Assembly (NCBI GenBank): GCA_002269645.1
Contig: NIVC01000102.1
Coordinates: 16,008 to 80,007 of the forward strand
Reading direction: 5' to 3'
Source of the DNA: Macrostomum lignano
Lineage: Eukaryota
Length of the DNA: 64,000 nucleotides
Position 1 is the stretch's first letter; every line of letters starts with the position of its first letter. The translations under genes and the position numbers were made by a program. The notes beneath the pieces were generated by a model, which worked only from the letters and a program-made list of their open reading frames with translations, was not told the origin of the DNA and did not search any database. Below, piece after piece: positions 37,255 to 50,324 of the stretch.

Positions 37255-38976
37255 CTAGTGCCGGCCCATAACACCAGTTTGCTTATTCGAAGACCGATCT
37301 CGACGCTGTTGGCGACCTCCGTAGCGGTCGATGCTGCCCTTCAACACGCGAATAGCAGCCTGCTCTAGTTCGTAGTTGGATGGGCTGTTCTCGGGGTACA
37401 TTGCCTTTGCAGCCTCTAAAGGTGAAAAATAACAATGAAATGAATACAACATTCTGTATTTTATCCAGCAGTTGCTTAAAAATATGAACTAACCCTTAAA
37501 TACAGGCATTAGCTTGGTGGCAAACGCTAATTCTGTGTCACTTTGTGACAATCCAGACTTTTGCTGCAAATCTCGGCCCGAGTAGTTTATAGCGCGTTGC
37601 ATCTCAACTGTTAGCGTCTTATCCATCATGCGCCGAACAGTTTCGGCGACTGTTGGGCCACGGCATGAACGCAGAGCTGGTAGCTGTAAATAATAGCATA
37701 ATTACGCGTGTGCTTATTAAATCTAGCAACTATCAAATAGTATGGTAATCTAAATCTTACCAGAAACTGATTAGTATCTGCTCGAAAACCTGCGTATTCC
37801 TGCCATGACGCGATTGGCTCCCAACTGAAACCCGGTTGAGCCATAGGAGCAGAGCTTGAATGCAACTCATGGAAGCCAGCTTCAATTTTCTTGTCGAGCC
37901 TCTGCAGATGCTCTCGTATAGCACCTAACTGTCTCATGTTTGATAAGGCCAGATATATCTGACCTTCAGGGGTAGTTAAGCTCACACCTAGCTTTCTCTC
38001 AACTGCAGCACGCATTTGAGTCAATGAATTGGAACCAAAATTAAAGCAGGCAGTTTCCACCTCAGGCCCTCTGGCTTGCGGTTCCTTGAATATTATGCCA
38101 GAGGCTGCATCAGCAGCTTCGTTAGAGGCAGCTAAAAGATGAGCTGCTGGACTGGCATTTGCAGCGACCATGCTTGATGAGGTCAGCCGGCTTGCTGCTG
38201 GACTAGAACTTGCAACGAACACAGCGCCTATCTGCTGTTGAGAAGAGCCTGCTAGGCTTGGACTACAGGGGCTACAAGAGGCCACAGGAAGAGGCAACAG
38301 TGATGGGCGTATGCTTGATATGCAGGCGCTAGATGCGGCATCACAGTCTCTAGATGCATTGGCAGGTTGGTGCACTTCAGATTCCGACTCGGTTGCGAGC
38401 AGCTGCAAAGACTCATTTAACAAAGCAAGCTTGCATTAAATGGTTTTTATAGTGCCACTGTCATAACAAAAATTACAGAGCCTGAGTATAGTAATAAAAA
38501 TTCTTGCAATGCAATAAACACAAGCTGTTAGGATAAAAATAAGTAGCACTCACATGCACTCCTGCCATACGCTGTCGTTTACCACTGTGAACACGACACA
38601 CCAACTTTAAAAGTGAGGCGATAGAGCACTTTTTTGAACTCCTGCACCTTCTTAAATAAGCCACTATTTCCTGCCCATTGTCATTCTCATTCAGCAGTAC
38701 CTAAGATATGGATAAAAGTGTAAAATGTAAATTCACTTGCATTGTTTAATAAACAGAACTACATGGCATCAGTATCTAAATGTAAAGTCTCTTTGCCTGC
38801 AGAATAGTTGCCTCCCAATATTCGCCATCATATAGGGCCGTCACAACTAAATGCTCATCTTGGTCCACATTCTTCCAATCTTCAGGAGTAAATAGTTGAA
38901 ATGAGCCAAGTCTTACATCTTTATCTTCAATCTCCACAATTTCCTTATCGATATTGAAGATTATAACAAATCTCAT
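37255..38976 (-). CDS. Transposon accessory gene (spliced ORF2, DUF4806-like C-terminus)
   Basis: ATG 38976 (MRFVIIFNID...), middle exons including part of ORF 37626-38423 (donor at 37760), an exon reading GPTVAETVRRMMDKTLTVEMQRAINYSG, and a last exon ending LKGSIDRYGGRQQR...TAG 37257-37255. The 5' junctions are uncertain. Confidence 0.65.
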
Positions 38977-39393
38977 TTTGGGCTGAAACAAGTACAATAG
39001 CACTTTTTTTAACTATTTGCTTTCCTGGCAAAGCTGGAAATAGCAAGCATTTTTATAAAAGGCAATACACACCTACAATACACTACAATACATCAGCATA
39101 TTATATTAGACTCAGCACATTTTGAGTCTGAAAAAATACAATTAGTGATTAATCTTAGTCTGAATAATACCTATGAAGAAATTCACTTATGGAACACCAA
39201 AAAGTATTTTTGAATAAATATTATTCTATGCTTTAACAATTAACTTGTGATTCCAAGTTATAGTATATTATTATGGACAAGCAAGCAAGCATACAAATAT
39301 CAGAGATTTAGTATATTTAGATTTAGTATAGTATGATTTTATGATTGAACAATTAACGTAAGATTCCAAGTAACAAAACAAAAGCATGCCTCA

Positions 39394-41346
39394 TTAATAT
39401 GTGGATGAACAATATGGGATTACAATGTGTTGATTGCTGGATGAGCATGGAAGCAAAAAAGACTTACCAGATGGCTTTCCTGAAACAGTATTGCGAGAAA
39501 CATCATAGTAGCCAATGTTCAGAACTTTAGATGAATAAGGATATGTGTACAAGGGTTCAGAAAAACGCAAATACTTGCCAGTAACAATTTCATTATTTAC
39601 AGATGTTATCAAAATAGGACGCCCATTAACTATTGCACAGTTATTTGGTGACTTATTTGAAAAAAACAATGCATCTTCAGGATTACAAGTAACATTTGTC
39701 CGTACATTTAAAAACTGATTCAAAACATGCTTTAAAGCAAACCGTGTAACTGATACCCTTCTTTTAACATGGCCTAAAAAATTCTCAAATTCAAAAGCAG
39801 AAAAATTGTTCAGGTTGCCATAAAGGCAAATAAACTCATAAAAGTGAAGTAAAATGTGTACATTATATGATACAGATGCCTCACCATACAGCTCTGGCAT
39901 ATCATGAACAAACAATTCAATGCAGCGATGAGCATTAGGCCAAAGATGTTTAGAAGCATTGGAACAGAATACATACAAAGAAAAATGAAAAAGCAGAAAA
40001 TGATTATAATATTTTTCTGGCAAGTAGCGCTTAAAAGTAAAAGGTCCAAAATAAAGCAAAAACAAACAAAATTCAGTTGCTTTAAAATGAGCTAAATTAC
40101 TATCAATGCGACGTGGTCGGCGCTGAAATTCTTTTGGGGTAAAACAAGCATACATTTCAATAGAATCAGAAAGTTGCTTAATCATGGTATTAGAAAGTTT
40201 GCAACGAGAACCAAAATTTGTAGAAAAAAGATAATGAAACAATTTACGACACACACCTAAGCAAGCAGCATGTTGATAATCAGGAGGGAAATTGCTATAC
40301 AGACCAATATTTCCAACATCAAGCAAGGGGGTCTTAAAATCAGGTTTTTGGTTATTTTCAAGCATCTCCAAATAACAACCATCAGTTCGAGGGGGGCCAA
40401 CAGTAGTAGTAAAGACAATACGGTTTGAAAAATATCTACCTTCTGCCCTACAAAATGGGCAACCAAAACGCGCATTATGGCTCAAAATTCCACAAACATG
40501 TGCACGAGCAGGTGCATCACAAACAAAGTTTATGGAAGAAAATTTAAATATATAATTACCAACATGCAAGCCTTGATTTAAAACCTTAAGTTCTTCACAA
40601 AAGTCTGTTAGCAACACATTCAAAGAGGGTTTCCCTTCACCAACAAAAATACCAACTGGCAAAGGTCGAAAGCATCCTGATATTTTAATAAGTATTGGCC
40701 AGGCAGAAAGTTGAGAAGACTTATAGAGGGGCAAGCCATCAATATTAACAATGCAATTTAAAAGAACAGCACCAGTAGCAGCTTCAACACAGCATTCAGA
40801 AAAGTCAAGCAATTTATTTTCTAAACAAAATGCAAGATTTTTGGCAATAGACAGATAAAAGAATGATCCTATATCCATGGAAACAGATTGAACCACTAGA
40901 GAAGAACATAGTCTTCGTAGAGTATGTAGAGATGGAACATTCGGAAGGCCTTTACGTTTAAAAAAATTGAGTAAAAAGCTCATTGCAGAATGGGATATAT
41001 TAAAAAGGACAAAGAAATGCAATAGTTCCATTTCTGTGCTCAAACAAGGAATAGGGGAACTTGGCCTAGCTTCAAGTGATACTGGTTCAAAATCAGCACA
41101 GTTTGGTTGTTCTTGAGCATCTTGAAATATTTCTCCTTCTGATTCTATATCACTTACTTCAGAAGCAAATTGTTGATCATAAACTTCGCAAGATAAATCT
41201 AACTCAGTTGCTTGATCTTCAGGATTTTCATAAGAACCACTCTGTTGCTCAGATTGATTATTAGTTACATCTTCAGAATTGGCTACAGAAGGTAGATCCT
41301 CAAGAACTTTCTGGCAAACAACACGATCAAATGATCTTTTTGACAT
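39394..41346 (-). CDS. CMC/EnSpm-type DDE transposase, about 650 aa from ATG 41346
   Basis: Uninterrupted ORF with NIDGLPLYKSS, FVCDAPARA, GCPFC, QHAACLGV, FKATEF, YNVHILLH and SAFEFENFLG motifs. Confidence 0.88.
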   Translation of the reverse strand: MSKRSFDRVVCQKVLEDLPSVANSEDVTNNQSEQQSGSYENPEDQATELDLSCEVYDQQFASEVSDIESEGEIFQDAQEQPNCADFEPVSLEARPSSPIPCLSTEMELLHFFVLFNISHSAMSFLLNFFKRKGLPNVPSLHTLRRLCSSLVVQSVSMDIGSFFYLSIAKNLAFCLENKLLDFSECCVEAATGAVLLNCIVNIDGLPLYKSSQLSAWPILIKISGCFRPLPVGIFVGEGKPSLNVLLTDFCEELKVLNQGLHVGNYIFKFSSINFVCDAPARAHVCGILSHNARFGCPFCRAEGRYFSNRIVFTTTVGPPRTDGCYLEMLENNQKPDFKTPLLDVGNIGLYSNFPPDYQHAACLGVCRKLFHYLFSTNFGSRCKLSNTMIKQLSDSIEMYACFTPKEFQRRPRRIDSNLAHFKATEFCLFLLYFGPFTFKRYLPEKYYNHFLLFHFSLYVFCSNASKHLWPNAHRCIELFVHDMPELYGEASVSYNVHILLHFYEFICLYGNLNNFSAFEFENFLGHVKRRVSVTRFALKHVLNQFLNVRTNVTCNPEDALFFSNKSPNNCAIVNGRPILITSVNNEIVTGKYLRFSEPLYTYPYSSKVLNIGYYDVSRNTVSGKPSGKSFLLPCSSSNQHIVIPYCSSTY

Positions 41347-44300
41347 TAGGTAAAATGAACGAAAGTAAGAATAAAATAGAAAATAATATTTTTCTAGGAG
41401 TACCTTTGATTTAAATAGTGGATAGTGGATATTCAAAGATAGCAATACAGTAAAGTAATTAAAAGAACCAATTAATAATTATGAATCAGGGAAATAGCTT
41501 TGAAAATATGAAAGTATAAAAAGATATAGACTTTAAAAATAGCTAACAATTTTTGTAGCAAAAAAGAATGGCTACAAAAATGACTAAAATATAAGGATTT
41601 ATTTAATATAAAATAGCTTGTTATTAATTTGTGCTAATGATTACAACTAAGGATTTTAATGAAGGTCCTTGCTATGTTTTGCAAAGTAGTATAAATAAGA
41701 AACAAAAAAGTAAAATTGCACAAAAAAGTTTTTATAAATAAGTAACTTTGCAATGCAATGATTTAAAAAAGCAAATATAAACTAAATAGAAAAGAAGAAA
41801 TTGTAGTCTTTAACAAATTTTGTATTATTATAAATCTGGGTATCTCCTTTAATATATAGATACCAATTCTTGGTCTTAGTCTCAGTCACAGTAAAAGGCT
41901 AGCAAGTTAATATATCTTTGATTCAAATTTGAGATTTAGTTACTCAAATAAAAAGACTTGGTAGCAGATAGCTGCAAAGATGGTTTGACAGGTATTAGTT
42001 TATTTTAGTATTAATATTAGTTTATCCATTATTGATTAGTCTAACAAGTAACAAAATTTTTTAAGTTCAAAAACCTAAAATGAAGTATTAGGCTAGGTTT
42101 TCACTTTTTTAAATCTAATAAACAAAAAGCATATATCTTGAACTTTAGAAAATGGTTGGCATATGCCATGGATAATAGATAGTTTATATAGTTTTTTGAA
42201 GAAAGGGTAGGCCTATAATTTCAATATAGTTTTAGAAACTTTTTCTCCTTTTATGCCTTATTTAGATTGTCCTAATAAAATAGAAAAATTAGACCTGACT
42301 CCTATAACATATTCTTTGGAGCTAAGAAAAAATATAATAAATATAGATTAATAGATTATCGATTTAATTTTTTAAGCAGGCTAAGAGAAATTCCACCCTG
42401 AGGCTTAATTGTACCCTGAATTAAGCATAAGGTACTAGTTTGCACTTGTCCCTAGCAAACAACCTAAGTTAATAGGCTACCTTTTTTACCACAATAGGCC
42501 TCTAGCTAGTTGCTTTATATGAGATCTTGCATGAAAAAATAGGCCTTGACTTTCTAACTAGGCCTAGCTAGAAAAAAAGATTTTAAGTCAGAAAAAATGT
42601 TCTGCCCTGCAGGTGCTGTGCATATAATATACTGACAGTGACAAAAATCTGTTAAGACGCTGGCTGGTCTGGTCGGTTCTAGCCAGCTATATAGGCCTAG
42701 TGATACAATATAGGCCTATTTATACCTAGATTGCATGCAAGTGCTGCATGGTTCTGGTTCTGTCGACTATCACTAATGCACGAAAAATGACAAAAGCAAA
42801 ATAAGCATAATGAATTTGTAAATGAATGTCGTAGTCAGTTAGAGACATCGAGCCATGCCATTTAATTTAAGGGTTTATTGAACCTGAAGTAAGTATAAGT
42901 ATAGGCCTAATTAACTCATAAAAGTAAAGTAAAGACAGTGGGGTCGTACTATAAAGCTGTCGTAGCGAAGTTCGATCGTACGTCAGAACTTTTACACTGC
43001 GGAGATAGGAGCTAAGAACGACCATATCTTACAATGGCTTTATAGAACGGGACCAGTGTGAAAAATAATTCTTTTGTTTACATAATTTAAATTGTTGAGT
43101 TTCTTTTGTAATAGTTAAACACATTTTGACAAATAAACTGTCCGCAACAGAGATTTTCTGAATAATCTAGAAACGTTTTAGTTGACAAAAAGTTTGTATT
43201 TCATTAACTTAAGCAACTTTTTGAGGTTGGCATCGTTTTATTGCCACCATCACAATTAATAGTAATTCCAAACTTAGAGAAAAAACTACTGGGGAAGTTT
43301 TTTCTACTAATTATGACACAATAAAATACTATGGATCACAGTAACAGCAGTTTTTAGTTACATCAATGGCCAACTAAATGCCACCTCGATGCCAACTCGT
43401 CTATTTTGCCACCTTAATGCCACCCCTATGCCAACCATGCTTGGATCATGTAAAAAAAGAAGTAAGTTGCACTAAAAACAATATTCCACCATTTTTAACT
43501 GTTTTTGCAAGCATCTGGTAAAAAATTATCTGTTACCCTTGGCCACCGCACCACCGGTGGCCCGCCAGTGGCCCAACGGTGGCTCACGCACTGGGTAGTA
43601 GGCCTATGATTAGGTAATTTTATCCAGGACATATATCCACTAAGTCTACATTTGAATTTGTATGCTAATGTATCAAAAATTCTTTTAAAAAGTAACAGTT
43701 TTATACATAGTAAGCATAAAAATATATTTATGGTCAAAAGGTTATAATAGTATGAGGAGACCTTTAAAAAGAATGTGATTGAGATTGAAAAAATTATTTG
43801 CTTACTTTTCTGATTTTGGACTAGGGGGCCCATTACTCTCTGGATGGCTAGTTAACCAGTAGTCTCAAGTTGGATTGTGCCACTTATGAAGTTATAGTTA
43901 GCTTTAGACTAGTGATTGACTATAATATAATTTTGTTGCCAGTACATATTAAGCTATTAATTTATTAACTTGTTTTATATTTTTAGACTATAAAACAAGA
44001 AAATCAAATTCAAGAGAAAAAATAATTTAATTTACAATTCTATATAAGATAGTTATTATAAGCTTATACTAAAAATTTTGAGGGTGGGTTATCTCATAGA
44101 GAGATAGGAGGATAATCACCTTGTAGGGACAAGAGATTAAGAGGGTGGTCACCTAGGGATAGCAACATCTACTGTCCCCCTGTGCCAGTGCCACTGCTAC
44201 CACTAAGTTGGCAAACTACTGTATCAATAATTGGCTATTTTTTAATATACACTTCTCAATACATATATAGTTCAATATGCCATATTGCTAGCCTGTCTGT

Positions 44301-45722
44301 TGCTAGGCCTATATAAATCTTAATTAGGCCTATGTATTATTTGAAGCAATATAAAAGGTAGGACACTATTAATTTTCTTAATAATTCTTTCTTGGTCATA
44401 TTAGTATAAGACTTTTAGAGGTAATGTTTTTTTTGTAACAGGGGTATTCCCATACGATACAAAATCTCACCGCTGTCACCAAGTTGTAACAGGCCTTTTG
44501 GCTCTATAAAATTCTACCATTATGCCACCAAAGTTGTCACAGGGCTGATTCTTCCTTCTAAATAATATCTCACTAATTCTACTGCTGACACCAAAGTTGT
44601 CGTAGGTTTTCAATTTCCCTCTATTAAACTTATACTGCTGAAACTAAATCTTGCCTTAATGTTTCTAACTGTTTCTTATAATTTAATTTGAGTATACTGG
44701 TAGCGTTTTATGTATTAGTCTGGTAGCATCTTATGTATTAGTCTGGTAGCGTCTTATGTATTAGTCTGGTAGCGTTCTTAGTATATGGCCTGAGTGGTCT
44801 TATTGGTATATGTACTTTCTCTCTCCAGTCTGGGCGTTACTGAGATTAGAGGGTCACGGCGATTACTCTTGGTACTTCTCTTTACATGAATCCTAAGTGC
44901 AACCTTCAACCTTCTTCACAATACTCTTAGAAATGAACAATGATCTGAGAAAGATTTATTGAACACGTTTTGAGCTTATAGCTAGCAAACGAATTGTCTC
45001 TTCTTCCTCTCAGCCTTCTCCTATTTATACTATTTGAACGTGTGTATTTTTTAACAAACATCAAATATTGAGAATATATAGAATATTTTGTAGAATAAAA
45101 CTAATTATTAGCGCAGATTCAAACTGTAATATTCCTAGAAACTATTAACCACTTCTACATTTTCTAACAATAAAAAGCTTGTCTTTAGTTTAAATTATAA
45201 TAACTATTTTAGCTTTTCAATTAAGGCTATGTATATTCTATTTAATAAACACATTTTAAAACTAGAAAATGTTTTCAAATTTTGCATATTAGGTTGTAGA
45301 TCAGTCAAAATCCTAGACTTTTCCTAATCTCAATAATTTGGCTTATTTGACTTAGCTACAGAGGGCATTGTCTAGCAGATAAAATGTGAGTAAAGTCTCG
45401 ATAGTTTAGAATATTAAAAATAAAAAAATTGTAAGCTAAATCCAAAACTTCAAGGTTTTAGCAGCAAGGAATTGACTTTCTTAGTAGGTACCTTGACTAT
45501 AAACTAGATCATAAATAGCATTAGTTGTATTTACAAATTATAATTTATATAGTATAGTGGTCAATAGTTTGGTCAATTATTATTCTTATTAACTTATTCC
45601 TTTATTTTTGCTGCTTGTTCAACATCTATTTAGACCATAAGGATAATTATTACTAAGGGCAATTTGAATAAAGCTCTTATAGTTTATTAATATCCTTGAA
45701 TTCAACAACACTGCAAATCACC

Positions 45723-47684
45723 ATGCAGGAGTCTGGTAAGCAGAAATCTTTGTTTTAATTTTTAATGCTGAACATTATCTCTACATATAAAAATCAAAAC
45801 TCTGTCTGTCTGTGTGTCTGTGTGTGGACAATTTTGATCGCTATGGACTCCCAAACCGCTCAACCAAATTACACCAAACTTTACACCCACCCTAAACTTA
45901 CTACGGAGAATGTCTTAGGCTACCTTTTAATTTCCTAAATTTGAGTCTTCCTACCTAAAAGTACAAAAAACTGCTCAAAATGCGCGATTTTTTCACTTAA
46001 TCCTCCATAGCGCCGCTCCACTTCTACCGATTCTCTTCAAATTTGACACAGACAATTTTCAACTATTTTGACACAATCGTGTAAAATTTCAATTCTCAAA
46101 GTTAATCCTGAACGGCGCTGTGCACTTTTAAAGTTGGGCTGTTTTTTGTCAGCGAGACAGCCACCCCAACCTCCGCCCGCCTGCCTCTCTTTCCCGATCT
46201 GGGCGGCCCAGATGTGTAAAAGGGTTTCAAAATGGACTAACTTTCGGCTGCCATAAGTTTGCTCCACGTAAAGCGATTAACTTCAAACTTGACACAATTC
46301 TTCATTGACCCATTCTCTGTCTAAATGTAAAGTTTCAACTCTGTAACTCAACCGAAAAAGAAACTGTAAGCATGTGAAGTTTGTCTGCTTTTTCTGTTGT
46401 TTGCCGCTCATCCAACTCATTCCCCCAGAGCCAGACGAAGGGTCAGGCGATAGGACTGAATGTACATAGCAAATGTACAGTGTTTTGGAATAACTTTATT
46501 TATAGCCTTCTCTGCACCCCGAGAGTGGAGAGGCTACGTTTAGCCATAACAGTTTAGTGAGAAATTCAACCACTGCCCTCCCCTCTGTATTGGCAAACTC
46601 TGCAGCAGTTTAACAGTGGATGGCAATTGGCAAATCGAGGCAATCCAGAATGGTTTGTAAAAGCGAAATATTTATGAAAAGGTGATGCGATGCAATGAAA
46701 TACAACCCTACTAAATTAGGCACACCATGGAAATTTTAAGTTTCTCTTAAAAGTACTTTGAAATTTAAATGGCCTAAGAAATGCGTATTTCCTTGGTTGT
46801 TAGACTGATGCAGACTGCAGTGGAGCTGAAGATACACAAATTCCTTTCAGGGCTGCAAATTGGCAAGAAAGATGACGTGATCAAAGCATGAGAATAACGA
46901 TGAGAGTAGTACGTCCCACAAACTGGCTTTCGAAGCAGTGATCGGCAGACTTTTACTTCAAAAGCCAGATAAAGAATCCAGCTTATGTGCGGGCCAGATG
47001 AGAGTGGAAAGGAGAAGGAATAGACTATTAGAAGAGAGGAGAGGCGGGACGGGGATAAGAGAAAACATGGAAGATAAGAGAAGAGACAAGTGGTGAGGAG
47101 AGAGCAGAGAAGAAGGGAGGAAGAAGCGAGAGGAGGGGAGAAAGGAGGGAGAGGAAAGAGTAAAGGTGAGAAGAGGGGAGAGATGAGACAGAGGATCGAT
47201 GAGAGGAGAGTAGAGAAGAGTGAGAAAAGAGTAGAGATGAGAGAGCAGAAAGAAGATGACAGAGGGTCAAGAGGAGAGGAGAGAGTAGAAAGGATAGAGA
47301 AGAGAGAAGATAAGAGGGGGAGAGAAGAGTGAGAAGAGAAGAGATAGAGATAATAGAGATAAGAGAGGGATGTAAGAAGAGGGGAGAAAGGAGAGATGAG
47401 ATTGTAGAGATGAGACAAATGAAAGGAGAGATGAGAGAGTAAAGATAAGAGATGAAAAAGGTGAGAGGAGAGTGCAGAGAGATGAGAGAAGATATTAAAG
47501 GAGAGAGAGTATAGAAGAGAGGAGTAAGGAAAGAGAGGAGTCAGAAGAGGTGAAAGAGAAGAGTACAGAGGAGATAAGTGAGAGAACGTATTAGAGAGTA
47601 AAGATGACAGATGAGAGAGCAGAGATGAGGGTGAACAGACGAGAGATGGGAGAGTAGAGAGTAGAAGAGGGATGGGAGAGGAGA

Positions 47685-47764
<80 letters not shown>

Positions 47765-50249
47765 CGCAGAGCAGAGAGAAATGAGAAGAGATAAGAGAGA
47801 AAAGATAAAAGAAGAGAAAGGAGAGATAAAAACGCAGACAAGAGAGAAGAGAGGTGAGGGAAGAGACGAGTGACGAGGGGAGAGAGAAGAGATAAAACAA
47901 GAAAAGAGATGAGAGGAAAGAGAGAGAGGAAAGAGGTGAAAGAAGAGACGAGAGAAGAGGGGAGAGAGGAGAGAGAGAGGAAAGAGGAGAGAAGAGAGAG
48001 GAGAGAGTTAAGAGAAGAGAGAAAAGAATAGAGAGGAGAAGGAAGAGACGAGAGAAGAGGGGGAGAGAGGAGAGAGAGAAGAGAGAAAACGAAAAAGTAG
48101 AGAGGAGAGAGGAGAGGAGAGGAGAGAGAAAAGAAAAGGGAAGAGATGAGATAAGATAAGAGATATGAAAGAGAAGAGAGATGAGGGAAGATACGAAAGA
48201 AGATAGGAGAGAGGAGAGGAGAGAGAAAACGAAAGAGTAGAGAGGAGAGAGGAGAGGAGAGAGAAAACGAAAAGTAGAGAGGAGACAGGAGAGAGGAGAG
48301 AAGAGAGAAGAGACAAGAGATAAGAGAGATGAAAGAGAAGAGAGATGAGGGAAGATATGAGAGAAGAGAGGAGAGAAGAGAGAGGAGAGACGAGGGACGA
48401 GAGAGAAGAGAGGAAACAGAAGAGACGATAGAAATTTTAAAGGATCCAAGGGACATAGGGAGAGTCAGGGAGAGGCCAGAGTTTGCCAATACATGTTTTA
48501 GAGTCAGACAGACATTGCCTGACATTCTGTGAAGTAACCCAGCCAACAATATCAATGTTTGCTTTAAATCCTAATTTTACACGAATGTGTCCATTTTATG
48601 TCTACCTCTATTCTACTAACTATTAACAAGTTTTTGTTTGTGTATGACCTTAGATTTCAGAATACATGCAAAAGTAGTTCCGGGGATTGGAATTCCCCGG
48701 GTTCAAAATCCGCGGGTTTCAACAGCTTGTCTCTACATATAAAAACCAAAACTCTGTGTGTGTGTGTGTGTGGACAATTTTGATCGCTATGGACTCCCAA
48801 ACCGCTCAACCAAATTACACCAAACTTTACACCCACCCTAAACTTACTACGGAGAATGTCTTAGGCTACCTTTAAATTTCCTAGACTCAAGTCTTCCTAC
48901 CTAAAAGTACAAAAAACTGCTCAAAATGCGCGATTTTTTCACTTAATCCTCCATAGCGCCGCTCCACTTCTACCGATTCTCTTCAAATTTGACACAGATA
49001 ATCTTAAACTATTTTGGCACAATCATGTAAAATTTTGAGTCTCAAAGTTAATCCTGAGCGGTGCTGTGCACTTTTAAAGTTAGGCTGTTTTTTCAGCGTA
49101 GCAACCACCCCAACCTCCGCCCGCCTGCCTCTCTTTCCCGATCTGGGCCCAGATGTGTAAAAGGGTTTCAAAATTGACTAACTTTCAGCTGCCATAAGTT
49201 TGCTCCACGTAAAGCGATTGACTTCAAACTTGACACAATTCTTTATTGACTCATTCTCTGTCTACATGTAAAGTCTCAATTCTGTATCTCAATCAGGACA
49301 GAAACTGTAAGCATGTGAAGTTTGTCTGCTTTTTCTGTTTTTTGCCGCTCATCCAACTCATTCCCCAGACGAAGGGTCAGGCGATAGGGCTCAATGTACA
49401 TAGCGAATGTACAGTGTTTTGGAATAACTTTTTAATAGCCTTCTCTGTACCCCGCGAGTGGAGAGGCGTGGAGAGGAGAGAGTTTAGTGAGAGATTCAAT
49501 TTCAAACCACTGTCCTCTGAATAGACAAGTCTGCAGCAGTTAAACAGGGATGGCAAATCAAGGCGATGTGGGATGGTTTGTAAAAATATCGAAAAATTAA
49601 TGAATAACTGATTACAATTACAATGCAATCCTACTAAATTAGTTACACCATGAAAATTTTAACATTAGGATTCGCATAAGGTACTTTAAAATTTAAATGG
49701 CCTCCTAAGAAATGCGTATTTCCATGGTTGTTAGACTGCTGCAGACTGTTGTGTTGGAGCTGGAGATATACAAATTTCTCTCAGGGCTGCTAATTGACCA
49801 GAAAGATGACGTGATTAAAGCATGAGAAATGATAACAACCATGATAGTACTACGTCCCACAAACTGGCTTTCGAAGCAGGGATCGGCAGATTTTTATCTC
49901 AAAGGCCAGATAAAGAATCCAGCTCATGGCTACGGGCCAGATGAGAGTGGAAAGGAGAAGGAATAGACTGTTGGAAAGAGAGGAGGGGCGAGAGAGAGGG
50001 GAATAAGAGAAATGATAGAAGATAACAAGAGATATGAGGGGTGAGGAGAGAGCAGAGAATATGCGAGGAAAAAGCGAGACGAGGGGAGAGAGGAAAGAGT
50101 AGAGGTGAGAAGAGGGGAGAGATAAGACAGGATCGATGAGAGAGGAGAGTAGAGAAGAGTGAGATGAGAGTAGAGATGAGAGGATCGAGAGGAGAGATTA
50201 GAAAGGATCAAGGAGAGGAGATAAGAGGGGGAAGAGGGGGGAGAGGAGT

Positions 50250-50324
<75 letters not shown>

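Larger units (their letters stand above)
36032..43595 (-). mobile_element. CMC/EnSpm (CACTA-like) DNA transposon, 7564 bp, possibly autonomous
   Basis: TIRs CCCAGTGCGCAAGCCACC and, reverse-complemented, CCCAGTGCGTGAGCCACC; TA on both flanks (36030-36031, 43596-43597); subterminal GCCACC-rich repeats; encodes a transposase and a second spliced gene. Confidence 0.88.
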
